Assembly: GCA_002496385.1 (NCBI GenBank)
Contig: DAJR01000023.1
Location: 3,651 to 67,650 of the forward strand
Direction: 5' to 3'
Origin: Methanomassiliicoccales archaeon UBA147
GTDB taxonomy: Archaea; Thermoplasmatota; Thermoplasmata; SG8-5
DNA length: 64,000 bases
Shown here: positions 8,849-17,753 of the stretch, in pieces
How the letters are laid out: each line of letters opens with the position of its first letter
Numbering within the stretch: position 1 is the stretch's first letter
Program-made: the position numbers and the translations under genes
Notes under the pieces: generated by a model
What the model was told of the DNA's origin: nothing
The model's database searches: none
Seen by the model: the letters and a program-made list of their open reading frames with translations, nothing else

Positions 8849-10978
8849 ATGGACCTCCCCGACATCAAATACCTCTTCGAGCCGAGGTCTGTCGCGGTCA
8901 TAGGCGCTTCCGGGGAGAAGAACAAGGTCGGCTGCAAGCTCATGGAGAACATGATGTCCATGGACTTCAAGGGGAAGATATATCCAGTCAACATCAAGGG
9001 CGGCGACATCATGGGGCTGAAGGTCTGCACGGACCTGGGGGAGATAGAAGGCCCGGTTGACATGGCCGTGATAGCCATACCCGCGAAATTCGTCTTCGGC
9101 GCAGTCGAGTCCTGCGCAAAGAAAGGCGTGAAGTTCCTTGTCATAATCACCTCGGGCTTCTCCGAGGTCGGGAACAATGCCGAAGAGAGGAGGATCGTCG
9201 AATACGCGCACCAACATGGGATGCGGGTCCTGGGTCCCAACATATTCGGGATATACTCGGGGAAGGTCGGCCTCAACGCCACTTTCGGTCCCAGGGACGT
9301 GAACCGGGGCAATGTTGCAATAGTGACCCAGAGCGGCGCCCTGGGCATCGCGATGATAGGCAAGACCGCCACGGAGAACATTGGCCTGAGCACGATAGTC
9401 TCGGTCGGCAACAAAGCGGACATTGAAGAGGCCGAACTGCTGGAATACCTGATTGACGACGACCAGACCAAGATCATCATGCTCTACATCGAGGGAGTTC
9501 ACAGGGGCGAGAGTATGGTCGCCCTCCTAAAGAAGGCCACCAAGAGGAAGCCAGTGATAGTCATCAAGTCCGGAAGGTCAAAGAGGGGTGCGCTGGCGGC
9601 GGCCTCGCACACCGGCGCGCTTGCCGGGGCGGACGAGATATTCGACTCCATAATGAAGCAGTGCGGCGTGCTACGGGCCGAGAGCCTCCAGGAGGCCTTC
9701 AACTGGTGCAAGTTCCTTGCCAACACACCTGTTCCGAAGGGCAGGAGCACCGTGATAATCACGAACGGCGGCGGCGTGGGGGTGATGGCGACCGATGCCT
9801 GCGAGAAGCACAAGGTCGACCTGTTCGACGACGCCGTCGCCACCAAGGAGATATTCGGCTCAGTCACCCCGGACTTCGGATCCACGAAGAACCCCATCGA
9901 TATCACTGGCCAGGCATTGGCCCATCATTACGACGGCGGCCTGGGCGCCGCCCTCAGGGACGAACGGATAAATGCGGTTATCGCACTGTACTGCCAGACC
10001 GCTGATTTCGACAGGACAACTTACGTCAATATGATAATGAAGAATGTCAAGGAGTACAGGGAAGGCGGCAAGCCCATAGTATTCTCGCTGGTCGGCGGCG
10101 AGGAGGTCGAGAACTGCATCAGGGAGCTCAGGCGCTCTGGCGCTCCTGTATTCGGTGATGTTTATGAAGCGGTCCAATGCTTCGGAGCACTGTTCAGGCA
10201 CCATGACCATCTCTCTCGCTCGGCCGAAGAGCCAGAGGAGCCTGACATGGATGTCGGATGCATGCATGACATAATATCCGGCGTCAGGGCGGATGGGCGC
10301 ACCTTCCTGCTCTCCCATGAGGCCCAGGCACTGATGAACGCAGCGGGAATCCCAGTCCCTCAGAGCAAGATAGCCGCCAACATCAGGGAGGCAATAGAGT
10401 TCGCAGAGAAAATCGGGTACCCTGTGGTCATGAAGATCGCTTCGAAGGACATCATACACAAGAGCGATGCGGGCGGCGTGGCGCTCGACCTTCTGAACAA
10501 GGAGGAGGTCATGGACGCCTACCAGGCCATCATCCGCAATGCGAGGAAATACAAGCCGGACGCAGTGATAAAGGGCGTCGAGATAGTCAGGATGATAGAG
10601 AAGGGCACAGAGACCATCATAGGTGCGAGGAGGGACAGGGCATTCGGCCCTGTCATCATGTTCGGGCTGGGCGGGATATACGTGGAGGTGCTGAAGGACG
10701 TGGCATTCCGCGCCCTACCGCTGGACCGCAGGGAGATAATAAGCATGCTCAAGGACATCCGCTCCTACTCCCTGCTGCTCGGGGTCCGCGGGGAAACCCA
10801 GCGCGACATCGGGAGCATCGTCGACACAATAATTAAATTGGGGAAGGTCATACGAAAATGCGGGGATATTTCGGACATCGAGATAAACCCGCTCGCGGTC
10901 TACGAGCAGGGGCAGGGCGCCATGGCGGTAGACGTCAGGATATTACTGGGTGACAGCAACAGGGGTGAAAAGAAATGA
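8849..10978 (+). CDS. ADP-forming acetate/acyl-CoA ligase (fused alpha-beta, ATP-grasp)
   Basis: PRSVAVIGAS, LGPN.FG, QSGALG, SHTGALAG (phospho-His), NPID, HKSDAGGV, FGPVIMFGLGG, EINPL. Confidence 0.92.
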   Translation: MDLPDIKYLFEPRSVAVIGASGEKNKVGCKLMENMMSMDFKGKIYPVNIKGGDIMGLKVCTDLGEIEGPVDMAVIAIPAKFVFGAVESCAKKGVKFLVIITSGFSEVGNNAEERRIVEYAHQHGMRVLGPNIFGIYSGKVGLNATFGPRDVNRGNVAIVTQSGALGIAMIGKTATENIGLSTIVSVGNKADIEEAELLEYLIDDDQTKIIMLYIEGVHRGESMVALLKKATKRKPVIVIKSGRSKRGALAAASHTGALAGADEIFDSIMKQCGVLRAESLQEAFNWCKFLANTPVPKGRSTVIITNGGGVGVMATDACEKHKVDLFDDAVATKEIFGSVTPDFGSTKNPIDITGQALAHHYDGGLGAALRDERINAVIALYCQTADFDRTTYVNMIMKNVKEYREGGKPIVFSLVGGEEVENCIRELRRSGAPVFGDVYEAVQCFGALFRHHDHLSRSAEEPEEPDMDVGCMHDIISGVRADGRTFLLSHEAQALMNAAGIPVPQSKIAANIREAIEFAEKIGYPVVMKIASKDIIHKSDAGGVALDLLNKEEVMDAYQAIIRNARKYKPDAVIKGVEIVRMIEKGTETIIGARRDRAFGPVIMFGLGGIYVEVLKDVAFRALPLDRREIISMLKDIRSYSLLLGVRGETQRDIGSIVDTIIKLGKVIRKCGDISDIEINPLAVYEQGQGAMAVDVRILLGDSNRGEKK

Positions 10979-12009
10979 AACCAAGAATCGTGTTCGCATC
11001 AATGAGCGAGAGCGCGGGAAAGACCAGCATGATAGTCGGGCTCGGCAGGGCGCTGGGAAAGAGGATCGGATACATGAAGCCGATGGGCGACCGCCTCCTC
11101 TACCAGAAGAAGCGGCTCTGGGACTATGATTCCGCGCTGGTCACCAACATTTTCGGACTGAAGGGCAAGCCCGAGGATATCACAATGGGCTTCGAGCATT
11201 CCAAGCTCGGCTATATGTACGACGATGATGCCAGGAAGAAAAAGCTACTCGAAATCGCATCGGCGATCGAAAAGGACTGCGACATCCTGTTCGTGGAATC
11301 CGGGCGGAACCTCCGTTACGGTAGTTCGGTCAACCTGGATGCCATCTCAGTCGCCAAGGACCTGGATGCGAAGCTGGTGATAGTCCTGGCCGGCACCGAT
11401 GATACGATGATGGACGACATCGCCTTCATAAAGCGAACAGTCAACCATCAGGGCGTCAAGCTGATGGGCGTGATCATAAACAAAGTTGCGGATGCCGATG
11501 ACTTCACGGCGACGCATGTGGATGCCATCAAGGCAACCGGGATAGACGTGCTCGGCATGATCCCCCACCAGGAAACACTCACCCAGTTCTCGATGAACTA
11601 CCTGGCTGACATGCTGTTCGCAAAGGTGCTTGCCGGCGACGACGAGCTTCTCAAACCCGTGAAGAACATATTTGTGGGTGCAATGTCTGCGTCAGCCGCC
11701 CAGAGGGAGCCGGCCTTCAAGAAGGAAGGGAAACTGATAATCACCAGCGGCGACAGGAGCGATATCATTCTTGCGGCGTTGGAATCCGACACGGCCGGTA
11801 TAGTCCTCACAAACAACATCCTCCCGTCATCCAACATAATTTCCAAGGCGGCATCGGTCAAGATCCCTCTCTTGCTGGTCCACACGGACACCTTCCTCGT
11901 GGCCAAGCAGGTGGACGACGCCGTCCCGCTTTTGACAAAGGACAGCACGGCCAAGATAGAATTGCTCGAGCAAACCGCGCAGAAGCTGGCCCTTGACAAG
12001 TTCAGATAA
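10975..12009 (+). CDS. BioD-like AAA/DRTGG domain protein (phosphotransacetylase N-terminal-like)
   Basis: SAGKT, GYMKP.G, VGAM, ITSGDRSDI, DT. No Pta catalytic domain. Confidence 0.85.
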   Translation: MKPRIVFASMSESAGKTSMIVGLGRALGKRIGYMKPMGDRLLYQKKRLWDYDSALVTNIFGLKGKPEDITMGFEHSKLGYMYDDDARKKKLLEIASAIEKDCDILFVESGRNLRYGSSVNLDAISVAKDLDAKLVIVLAGTDDTMMDDIAFIKRTVNHQGVKLMGVIINKVADADDFTATHVDAIKATGIDVLGMIPHQETLTQFSMNYLADMLFAKVLAGDDELLKPVKNIFVGAMSASAAQREPAFKKEGKLIITSGDRSDIILAALESDTAGIVLTNNILPSSNIISKAASVKIPLLLVHTDTFLVAKQVDDAVPLLTKDSTAKIELLEQTAQKLALDKFR

Positions 12010-12014
12010 ACGGT

Positions 12015-12554
12015 CTATCTGCCCGGCGGAATGAAATCGTGCAAATCCGCAATCTGCGGATTGCGCTTGCCCTCCGTGACAAGGCACATGTTGACATCTA
12101 TCATCACAGGCTTGTCAAGGAGATGGTCGTCATATATCATCCTTAGGGTGTCGTAATAGCGCCTGGCAGTCGCGTGGTCTGGCGCGGAGAACCTGAGCAC
12201 CCAATCGAACTCCCCGTTGACATAGAAGAAATTGGTCAGCCGCACATTCTGCTTCTTCGGCCCTTCCCCGACCAGCCGCATCAGCAGCGTGTTAACCAGT
12301 CCCTCGTTCATGGGCTTGGTCTTCATCAGCACTATGTAGCATACATGGCCCAGCCGCTTCTCGTCCAGGACCGCAGTGTAGCCCCAGATGACCCCGTCGT
12401 CCTCCAGTTGCTTCTTCTTGCGCCATACTTTCTGGCGGTATGTCCCGAGGTCCCTGGCTATCTCCATATCGCTCCTTGTCGGGTCCTCCAGCAGGGCGGC
12501 CACTATCCTGTTGTCCAGACTCTCTTTTTTACCGACCGTCTCATTTTCAGTCAT
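12015..12554 (-). CDS. Lrp/AsnC family transcriptional regulator
   Basis: LDNRIVAALLEDPTRS..EIA..LG HTH, LEDDGVIWGYTAVLD, NGEFDW. Confidence 0.88.
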   Translation of the reverse strand: MTENETVGKKESLDNRIVAALLEDPTRSDMEIARDLGTYRQKVWRKKKQLEDDGVIWGYTAVLDEKRLGHVCYIVLMKTKPMNEGLVNTLLMRLVGEGPKKQNVRLTNFFYVNGEFDWVLRFSAPDHATARRYYDTLRMIYDDHLLDKPVMIDVNMCLVTEGKRNPQIADLHDFIPPGR

Positions 12555-12634
12555 TCCTTCACCTTTTGTTACATTTCTGTATTACAACATTCTTTATCTG
12601 TCACTCTCATATATAATTAATGGAGGTGAATGAA

Positions 12635-12769
12635 GTGCAGAAGAAGACGGAAATGGACTACGAGAAGATCACAATCTATCCCTTCGATTACGACGCCGAG
12701 AAGCGCGAGCAGCTTCACACCCAGCTCAAGAAACTCGGCATCAAGTTCAGCTACGAGAACTGGAACTGA
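12635..12769 (+). CDS. Small protein (44 aa; not in ORF track)
   Basis: GGAGGTGA RBS (12622-12629) 5 nt before GTG; MQKKTEMDYEKITIYPFDYDAEKREQLHTQLKKLGIKFSYENWN*; GC3-rich codons like host genes. Confidence 0.7.
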   Translation: MQKKTEMDYEKITIYPFDYDAEKREQLHTQLKKLGIKFSYENWN

Positions 12770-12875
12770 ATGAATTTCATGCGGGCAGCGTGGGCTAATT
12801 AGAATATTTATTGCAGAACAGTGCCTCTTTCTCCTATAAAATGTATTTATAAGCATCAGTTCATTGCACATTAAT

Positions 12876-12924
12876 TATTGCTCAAATAGGCAATATATTT
12901 AAATACTTCTTCTCATATGTGCAT
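12876..12924 (+). promoter_or_regulatory. TATA-like box flanked by two related palindromes (candidate operator)
   Basis: TATTGCTCAAATAGGCAATA (12876-12895) and CTTCTCATATGTGCAT (12909-12924) around TATATTTAAATA, just upstream of the DUF134 gene. Confidence 0.45.
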
Positions 12925-12927
12925 ATT

Positions 12928-13257
12928 ATGCCCGGAAGACGCGGAAGACACAGATGCCCCAGGTGGGTCACGGATGTGCCGGAAGTGCAATTTTTCAAAC
13001 CCGCTGGCGTGCCCCTGAGAACGCTGCAGGTGGTCGAATTGACCATCGAAGAACTTGAGACAATCCGCCTTGTGGACCTTGACGGTCTCACACAGGAGCA
13101 AGCGGCGGTTTCAATGGGGGTTTCCAGACGGACACTCTGGAACGACCTGATGGCCGCCCGAAAGAAGGTGGCCTTCGCCCTGGTCAATGGCCAGGCGATA
13201 CAGATCCGGGGAGGCGCCTACGCAGTCGCCGGGCAAACAGAAGAAAGGAGGAAATGA
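12928..13257 (+). CDS. DUF134 family DNA-binding protein
   Basis: [51 protein letters not shown]. Confidence 0.92.
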   Translation: MPGRRGRHRCPRWVTDVPEVQFFKPAGVPLRTLQVVELTIEELETIRLVDLDGLTQEQAAVSMGVSRRTLWNDLMAARKKVAFALVNGQAIQIRGGAYAVAGQTEERRK

Positions 13258-13631
13258 ACATGCCATACGGAGACAGAACAGGACCCTGGGGACAGGGACC
13301 GATGACCGGCCGAAGGGCCGGATACTGCGCAGGAAACGATCGTCCAGGATATGCGAGCCCAATCGTGGGCCGCGGTTTTGGAATGGGTTACGGCCGTGGA
13401 ATGGGTCGCGGGAGAGGCTTTGGCCGGGGGTTCGGCAGGGGCTACGGCCGCGGTTTCGGCTACGGTCCGGCTTCGGAGCCGCCCGACTATTACCCGGCCA
13501 GGACCATACCGGTCCACAGGGAACCTTCGCCCGAGGAGGAGAAGATATTCCTTGAGAACCTGGTAAAGGACCTGGAAGCGGAACTGGAGGACGTGAAGGC
13601 GCGAATGAATGAACTGGCGAAGAAGGAGTAG
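13254..13631 (+). CDS. DUF5320 family Gly/Arg-rich protein
   Basis: [24 protein letters not shown] repeats, C-terminal coiled coil. Confidence 0.88.
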   Translation: MNMPYGDRTGPWGQGPMTGRRAGYCAGNDRPGYASPIVGRGFGMGYGRGMGRGRGFGRGFGRGYGRGFGYGPASEPPDYYPARTIPVHREPSPEEEKIFLENLVKDLEAELEDVKARMNELAKKE

Positions 13632-13658
13632 TCAGTTCTCTTTATTTTTTGTGATTGA

Positions 13659-14465
13659 ATGAACGGAAACATCGCCGGCGGAAACACGATCGAGAAAAAC
13701 CTCGAAAGCATAGGTGACATACTGGTCGTGATGAGCGGCAAGGGCGGTGTTGGAAAGACAACGGTGGCTGTCAACCTCGCATGTGCATTGGGCGCACGCG
13801 GGAAATCCGTCGGGATACTTGATGCTGATTTCCACGGGCCCAATGTCCCGATGATGCTGGGAATGGAAGGCGGCACTCTCATGGCCGATGGCGAGTCCAT
13901 CGTTCCGATGATGGCGTTCAACGGTATGCCAGTCATGTCCACGGCATTTCTGATAAGCAATCCGGACATCCCCGTGATATGGCGCGGCCCGATGAAGATG
14001 CAGGTAATCAATCAGTTCCTGGGCCAGGTGCGATGGGGCAAATTGGATTACCTTGTCATAGACCTTCCGCCCGGGACAGGTGACGAATCGTTGAGCATAG
14101 CCCAGCAGATTCCCAGGGCGAAAGCCATCATTGTCACGACGCCGCAGGATGTGGCGCTGCTGGATTCCAGGAAAGCCGTGACCTTTGCCAGGCAACTCAA
14201 GATGCCCGTTCTCGGGATGATAGAGAACATGAGCGGTATGGAATGCCCGCACTGCGGCAAGGACATTGACCTGTTCAAGACGGGCGGCGGCGAGAGAGCC
14301 GCTGCCGAGATGGGCGTTCCATTTCTCGGCAGGCTTCCGTTGGACCCCCGGACTGTTGTGTCCGGGGATTCCGGGAAGCCTATCATGGCCGGGGACCTCG
14401 GGAGCAGCGTCGCGAAGGCGTTCAGTGAAATAGTGGAAAGAATCGAGGACAAAGGAGGAAATTGA
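13659..14465 (+). CDS. Mrp/NBP35 Fe-S carrier ATPase
   Basis: SGKGGVGKT, DADFHGPNVP, WRGP, DLPPGTGD, ENMS...CPHC. Confidence 0.93.
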   Translation: MNGNIAGGNTIEKNLESIGDILVVMSGKGGVGKTTVAVNLACALGARGKSVGILDADFHGPNVPMMLGMEGGTLMADGESIVPMMAFNGMPVMSTAFLISNPDIPVIWRGPMKMQVINQFLGQVRWGKLDYLVIDLPPGTGDESLSIAQQIPRAKAIIVTTPQDVALLDSRKAVTFARQLKMPVLGMIENMSGMECPHCGKDIDLFKTGGGERAAAEMGVPFLGRLPLDPRTVVSGDSGKPIMAGDLGSSVAKAFSEIVERIEDKGGN

Positions 14466-14466
14466 C

Positions 14467-14655
14467 ATGAACGGAAATGGACAGGGCAGGGGAAACCGGG
14501 CCGGAGGCCAAGGCCGCGGGATGGGCACCGGCCAGGGACTGGGCGGAACATGCGTCTGCCCGAAATGCGGATATAGCGAACAGCACCAGAGGGGCGTGCC
14601 GTGCTTCGAGGTTAGATGCCCGAAGTGCAATATGCAGTTGATAAGAGGCAAATGA
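14467..14655 (+). CDS. Small Gly-rich, Cys-rich metal-binding protein
   Basis: GLGGTCVCPKCGY..QHQRGVPC.EVRCPKC; GGAGG RBS upstream. Confidence 0.8.
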   Translation: MNGNGQGRGNRAGGQGRGMGTGQGLGGTCVCPKCGYSEQHQRGVPCFEVRCPKCNMQLIRGK

Positions 14656-14675
14656 GAAATTTGGAGGTATGAAAA

Positions 14676-16025
14676 ATGAAACAGGCAGACATCGTAATTG
14701 TGGGCGGAAGCGCGGCCGGGGTCCCGGCGGCAATTACCGCGAGAAGGCATTATCCAGACAAGAGCATCTTGCTGGTGAGAAAGGAACAACAGGTATTGAT
14801 ACCGTGCGGAATACCGTACATATTCGGAACAGTCGGAAAGCCCGAGAACAATCTCATCCCAGACAAGTCCCTGATTGACAACAAAGTCGAAATATTCGTG
14901 GACGAGGTCACTGGCATAGACAAAGCCGGGAAGACGCTGTCGACCGCAGGCGGCGAGACAATAGGGTATGACAAACTCGTCCTCGCAACCGGCTCCGAGC
15001 CTCTGGTTCCGCCGATTCCGGGCATGAACAAGGAAAATGTCTTCCCGATAAAGAAGGACATCGAATACCTTAGAAATTTCCAGAGCACGCTTGAGGGCGT
15101 GAAGGACTTGGTCGTCCTGGGCTGCGGTTTCATAGGCGTGGAATTCGCAGACGAATGCAAGAAGAACAGGGACATCAATGTCACGATAATCGAGATGCTG
15201 AACCAATGCCTTCAGATTGCATTCGGGGAGAGCGCCTGCAAATGCTGCAAGGAGATTGAGGACGCCCTGAAGAACCGTGGTATAAACATTGTCACCGAGG
15301 CGAAGCTGGAAGAGGTGCTCGGGGACGACAAGGTCACAGGTGTCAAACTGTCCGACGGCAGGGTGATCAAGGCAGACGCTCTCATTGTCGGCATCGGGGT
15401 GAAACCGAACATCGCGCTCGCCAAGGCCGCAGGCCTGGAGACCGACCCCGGGTTCGGCATAAAAGTCGACACGAACCAGAGAACGACCGACCCCAACATA
15501 TTCGCCGTGGGAGACTGCGCCAGTAAGTTCTCCTTCTTCTCCGGGAAACCGTCCAAGTTATGGCTCGCCTCCATAGCCACGCATGAGGCCAGGATAGCCG
15601 GTGCCAATCTGTTCAAGACCAGGCGCATCAACCAGGGCGTGATAGGCGTGTTCTCGACCGCGATAGACGGGTTAACCGTCGGCATGGCCGGAATGAGTTC
15701 GAAAGGCGCGGAGGAATTCGGATTCGAGGTTGTCACCGGAGAAGCGGAAGCTCCCAACAGGCATCCCGGGGGAATGCCGGGCATGGCAAAAATGTGGGTA
15801 CGCCTTAACTTCAACAGATCGAACGGCGAGATAATCGGCGGAGCGGTCTGCGGCGGCTCAAGCGCCGGCGAGGTCATAAACATAATCAGCGCCTGCATTC
15901 AGAAGAAGATGACGGCCGACGACATAGCAACATTCCAGATTGGGACGCATCCTGCGGTCACAGCATCGCCCATCGCCTACCAGTTGGTGAACGCGGCCGA
16001 GATGGCTTTGAAAAACATGAGGTAA
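14676..16025 (+). CDS. FAD-dependent pyridine nucleotide-disulfide oxidoreductase (CoA-disulfide reductase/NADH oxidase-like)
   Basis: GGSAAG, PCGIPY redox Cys, ATGS, G.GFIGVE, FAVGDC, THP. Confidence 0.9.
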   Translation: MKQADIVIVGGSAAGVPAAITARRHYPDKSILLVRKEQQVLIPCGIPYIFGTVGKPENNLIPDKSLIDNKVEIFVDEVTGIDKAGKTLSTAGGETIGYDKLVLATGSEPLVPPIPGMNKENVFPIKKDIEYLRNFQSTLEGVKDLVVLGCGFIGVEFADECKKNRDINVTIIEMLNQCLQIAFGESACKCCKEIEDALKNRGINIVTEAKLEEVLGDDKVTGVKLSDGRVIKADALIVGIGVKPNIALAKAAGLETDPGFGIKVDTNQRTTDPNIFAVGDCASKFSFFSGKPSKLWLASIATHEARIAGANLFKTRRINQGVIGVFSTAIDGLTVGMAGMSSKGAEEFGFEVVTGEAEAPNRHPGGMPGMAKMWVRLNFNRSNGEIIGGAVCGGSSAGEVINIISACIQKKMTADDIATFQIGTHPAVTASPIAYQLVNAAEMALKNMR

Positions 16026-16396
16026 TGCGCATGAAAATCGCAATAACATCGACAGGAAAGGAATCAGATGCCCAGATGGACCCAAGATTCGGCAGATGCC
16101 AGTACTTCATCATACTGGACCCGGACACGATGAAGTTCACGGCACATGACAATGCCGGCACGATGCAGAGGGGCGGTGCCGGGCCCATGGCAGCCAAGGC
16201 GATATCCGACCTTGGCGCTGAAATACTCATAACTGGCGATGTGGGGCCCAATGCCTTTGACGCACTCAAAGCCGCCGGGATAAAGGCCTACATTGGCGCA
16301 AGCGGCACGGTCAGCCAGGCAGTTCAGCAGTGGAAGGACGGAAAGCTCAGCGAGGCCGGGACTGCGAGCGTCGCATCCCACGCAGGAATGAGGTGA
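16025..16396 (+). CDS. NifB/NifX family (dinitrogenase FeMo-cofactor-binding domain) protein
   Basis: MKIAI, DPRFGRC.YF, GGAGP.AA, ITG.VGPNA...L, SHAG. Confidence 0.9.
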   Translation: MRMKIAITSTGKESDAQMDPRFGRCQYFIILDPDTMKFTAHDNAGTMQRGGAGPMAAKAISDLGAEILITGDVGPNAFDALKAAGIKAYIGASGTVSQAVQQWKDGKLSEAGTASVASHAGMR

Positions 16397-16397
16397 T

Positions 16398-16802
16398 TTG
16401 ATGAAAGTTTGCATACCGACGATGGGAGACAGGGGAATGGATGAATCCGTGGGCGAGCATTTCGGAAGGGTTCCGACCTATACGCTTGTCAACACCGAAA
16501 CAGGAGAAGTCAAGGTCATCCAGAACACCACAACACACATGGGCGGCACAGGATATGCGCCGGACCTGATTTCGCAGCACGGCGCGGAAGTGATGCTGTG
16601 CGGAGGCCTGGGCAGAAAGGCCATCCAGATGTTCGAAGAAAAGGGCATCATGGTCTATGTCGGCGCAAGCGGCACAGTGGCTGATGCGATCAACCACTGG
16701 AAGGCCGGGCAGTTGCAGGCAGCCACCAATGAGACGGCGTGCCAGCAGCACGCATTTCGGGGCGAGGGCCACGGAGACGGCCACCACCATCACCACGAGT
16801 GA
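16398..16802 (+). CDS. NifB/NifX family protein with His-rich tail
   Basis: HFGRVP.Y, CGGLG..A, tail C..HAFRGEGHGDGHHHHHE. Confidence 0.9.
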   Translation: MMKVCIPTMGDRGMDESVGEHFGRVPTYTLVNTETGEVKVIQNTTTHMGGTGYAPDLISQHGAEVMLCGGLGRKAIQMFEEKGIMVYVGASGTVADAINHWKAGQLQAATNETACQQHAFRGEGHGDGHHHHHE

Positions 16803-16808
16803 GGGGGC

Positions 16809-17753
16809 CTGAAGACGTCCCTTGCCTATGGCCCGGTACCTTCAAGGAGGTTCGGGCGCTCGATAGGGGTGAGCCCCATTCCTCCCAAGGCTTGCACCTA
16901 CTCATGCATATATTGCCAGCTCGGACACACTACCGATCTGAGAGTGGCGAGGGACAGGTTCTTCGATCCCGCCCGGATTGAAAATGACATCGAAACCGCG
17001 GTTCTGGCCTGTAAAGAGAAAGCGGATTTCATAACGATGGTCGGAGACGGAGAGCCAATATTGTCCACGGACATCGGCCGGCTGATATCATACTGCAAGC
17101 GCCGATGGGACATCCCGGTAGGCGTGATAACCAACGGCTCACTGCTCTGGGATAACGAGGTAAGAAGCCAGCTTCATGAGGCAGACATTGTCTCAGTGAC
17201 TGTTTCCGCCGGCGAGGAGTCCGAGTTCAGGAAGATACACAGGCCGCATGGTAAACTGAAATTTCAAAAGGTAATGGACGGGATGCGTGAGTTCAGGAAA
17301 GATTTCAATGGAAAATTATGGGCGGAGGTCATGCTGGTCGCAGGCCTGAATGACTCAGACGGGGTTCTGCATTCAATCAAGGAACAATTGGATTCAATAT
17401 CCCCTGACAAAATCTTCATCGCAACGCCCACGAGACCGCCGGCCGAGAGCTGGGTAAGGCCGCCCGGAACCGACAGCATCCTGAACGCCGCCGCCATCCT
17501 CAACGGGTCGATAGAGATGACATTGCCGGAAACTGGAAACTTCGCAATAACCGGCGACGTAAAACATATTTCTGATACGATATTGCAGTTATGTTCCAGG
17601 CATCCGATGATGGAGCACCAGCTTAGGGAGATAGAGGGGCAATTGGACACGATATTCGTGGACGGGATGATTGCGGATGGGCTTGTGATATGGAAACCGC
17701 ATATGGGCATCCGATACCTTGTGCCAAATAATATGAAAGGGAGGCAAACATAA
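16809..17753 (+). CDS. Radical SAM protein (probable CTG start)
   Basis: CTYSCIYCQLG, GDGEP, ITNGSLL. The conserved YGPVPSRRFGRSIG motif lies in frame upstream of the track start at 16869. Confidence 0.85.
   Translation: MKTSLAYGPVPSRRFGRSIGVSPIPPKACTYSCIYCQLGHTTDLRVARDRFFDPARIENDIETAVLACKEKADFITMVGDGEPILSTDIGRLISYCKRRWDIPVGVITNGSLLWDNEVRSQLHEADIVSVTVSAGEESEFRKIHRPHGKLKFQKVMDGMREFRKDFNGKLWAEVMLVAGLNDSDGVLHSIKEQLDSISPDKIFIATPTRPPAESWVRPPGTDSILNAAAILNGSIEMTLPETGNFAITGDVKHISDTILQLCSRHPMMEHQLREIEGQLDTIFVDGMIADGLVIWKPHMGIRYLVPNNMKGRQT

Noticed and set aside
4236-15206. Long antisense ORFs (e.g. 4236-5543, 13632-15206)
   Set aside because: Shadows of well-supported genes in GC-rich DNA, with no recognisable motifs.
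16800-16802. Selenocysteine at the in-frame TGA
   Set aside because: The position is an inter-domain linker, not a Cys-equivalent site, and no SECIS was recognised.
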